A stretch of DNA of 64,000 nt from an uncultured virus (IMG/VR IMGVR_UViG_3300034071_002938). Its lineage: Duplodnaviria > Heunggongvirae > Uroviricota > Caudoviricetes. Below the pieces are notes generated by a model, which was given only the letters and a program-made list of their open reading frames with translations, did not search any database and had not been told where the DNA came from. Location of the stretch: IMG/VR virus record IMGVR_UViG_3300034071_002938. The stretch is one strand, 5' to 3'. Shown here piece by piece: positions 63,153 to 64,000 of this stretch; within the stretch, counting starts at the first letter, position 1, and the number at the start of each line of letters is the position of its first letter. A program made the translations under genes and the position numbers.

Positions 63153-63643
63153 GCGACGAGCGTAACTGGCGCGGTGAGCCAGCCAAGAAGTGTTGGATGT
63201 GCGGATCTCACCGGACGTGCCGACAAGATGAGACGTCTAGGAAGTGCGGCGAGTGCGGCAATCTATACGCCGTGGAAGGAGGGATCATGGAAACGAAAGA
63301 CAGTCCACAAGATCTGGAGAGGCAGGACAACGCCTTCAGCGGGCTCAGCCACCACAAGCTGAAGTACGTCCTCGTAGCGGAACGTGCGGCATGGCGTCTC
63401 CTGTACATCAAGACAGACCCTGCCGGTCAGAAGCACAGGTGCCTTCAGGTGAAGATCTCTCAGGAGATGGAGTGGTCAGCACAGGGCCTCGAGTTGATCG
63501 AAGGCAGCTACGGAGTACATGTCGGCGACACTGTCGAAGCGCTGTCGGTTCGTCGCCAGTCCTTGGAGCAGGCAGAGAAGCTGTTTGAGGCCGTCGTCGA
63601 CAACATCACGTTGAAAGATCTTCGAAAGTTGGGGTTCATATGA
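63149..63643 (+). CDS. Zinc-ribbon hypothetical protein
   Basis: CWMC, CGECG; ATGA coupling. Confidence 0.6.
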   Translation: MSDERNWRGEPAKKCWMCGSHRTCRQDETSRKCGECGNLYAVEGGIMETKDSPQDLERQDNAFSGLSHHKLKYVLVAERAAWRLLYIKTDPAGQKHRCLQVKISQEMEWSAQGLELIEGSYGVHVGDTVEALSVRRQSLEQAEKLFEAVVDNITLKDLRKLGFI

Positions 63644-64000
63644 CAACTATCCCTTGGCCAAAGTCCTTTCGTGCGGCCACGTTCACGACGGACGTCAAGT
63701 CCTTCACGGTCGGCCATCTACTGTTCAAGCGCCGAAGCGATCTGATACTCGATGCCAAGGTGTACGCCCGGTATCGGTACCGCTTCAACAAGGCCACCAT
63801 TGACCTGAGCGCTGTCGTTCGGAACGGTAAGCCAGTATCGGAGTGGTACATCCACGGCGAGGGCTACGCAGCGAACGGTAAGACACCAGACCAGGCCGTA
63901 CGTCGCTGGCGGAAGCAGATTCAGTATCGAGTTGAGGAGGCTGTCCTCATAGCCCGTGACGCCTTTGTGCATGCGTTCCTCACGATTGATCATGTGGACG
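63640..64000 (+). CDS. Hypothetical protein, truncated by window end (G..F.R / GKTP family)
   Basis: ATGA coupling; MTTIPWPKSF...SFTVGHLLFKR...W...ANGKTPDQAV; no stop before 64000. Confidence 0.55.
   Translation, partial: MTTIPWPKSFRAATFTTDVKSFTVGHLLFKRRSDLILDAKVYARYRYRFNKATIDLSAVVRNGKPVSEWYIHGEGYAANGKTPDQAVRRWRKQIQYRVEEAVLIARDAFVHAFLTIDHVD

Noticed and set aside
1..64000. Stop-codon reassignment as seen in some large phages
   Set aside because: Known enzymes are full length under the standard code, coding density is high, and all three stops end genes at sensible positions.
1..64000. Prophage, host chromosome or contractile injection system locus
   Set aside because: No integrase, att site or housekeeping gene runs; the mix of virion genes, replication and nucleotide enzymes and many small ORFans fits a large phage genome, though lifestyle cannot be settled from this window.

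Overview
This window is a 64-kb segment of a large, gene-dense tailed bacteriophage with a contractile tail (myovirus-like). No integrase, DNA polymerase, major capsid protein or terminase is recognisable here. Bases 1-14.6 kb (+) are a virion module: neck/completion proteins, a ~1030-aa tail sheath, a probable tail tube, a beta-helix spike-like protein, and Gly/Ala-rich proteins carrying ferritin-like, permuted-papain and InPase domains separated by a recurring K-x-A motif. Bases 14.6-20.4 kb (-) form an operon whose distal half is a tandem array of ten small, divergent proteins that all begin with the same F-x-P-x-x-[IV]-Q motif; this is the most unusual feature of the window. Bases 20.6-64 kb (mostly +) hold DNA and nucleotide metabolism genes (two DEDDh exonucleases, ndk, dcd, thyX, split RecD2, RNase HII, ATP-dependent ligase, histone H1-like protein), a complete tmRNA, a myxobacteria-style lipoprotein and many small hypothetical genes in several paralogous families. 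A putative tail-assembly-chaperone pair with a -1 frameshift signal lies far from the tail genes. A compact motif, CCTAT[ACT]AG followed by a GGAGG-type Shine-Dalgarno site (SD) and start codon, occurs 13 times and is probably a phage-specific promoter. All family assignments come from visual motif recognition; no searches were run.
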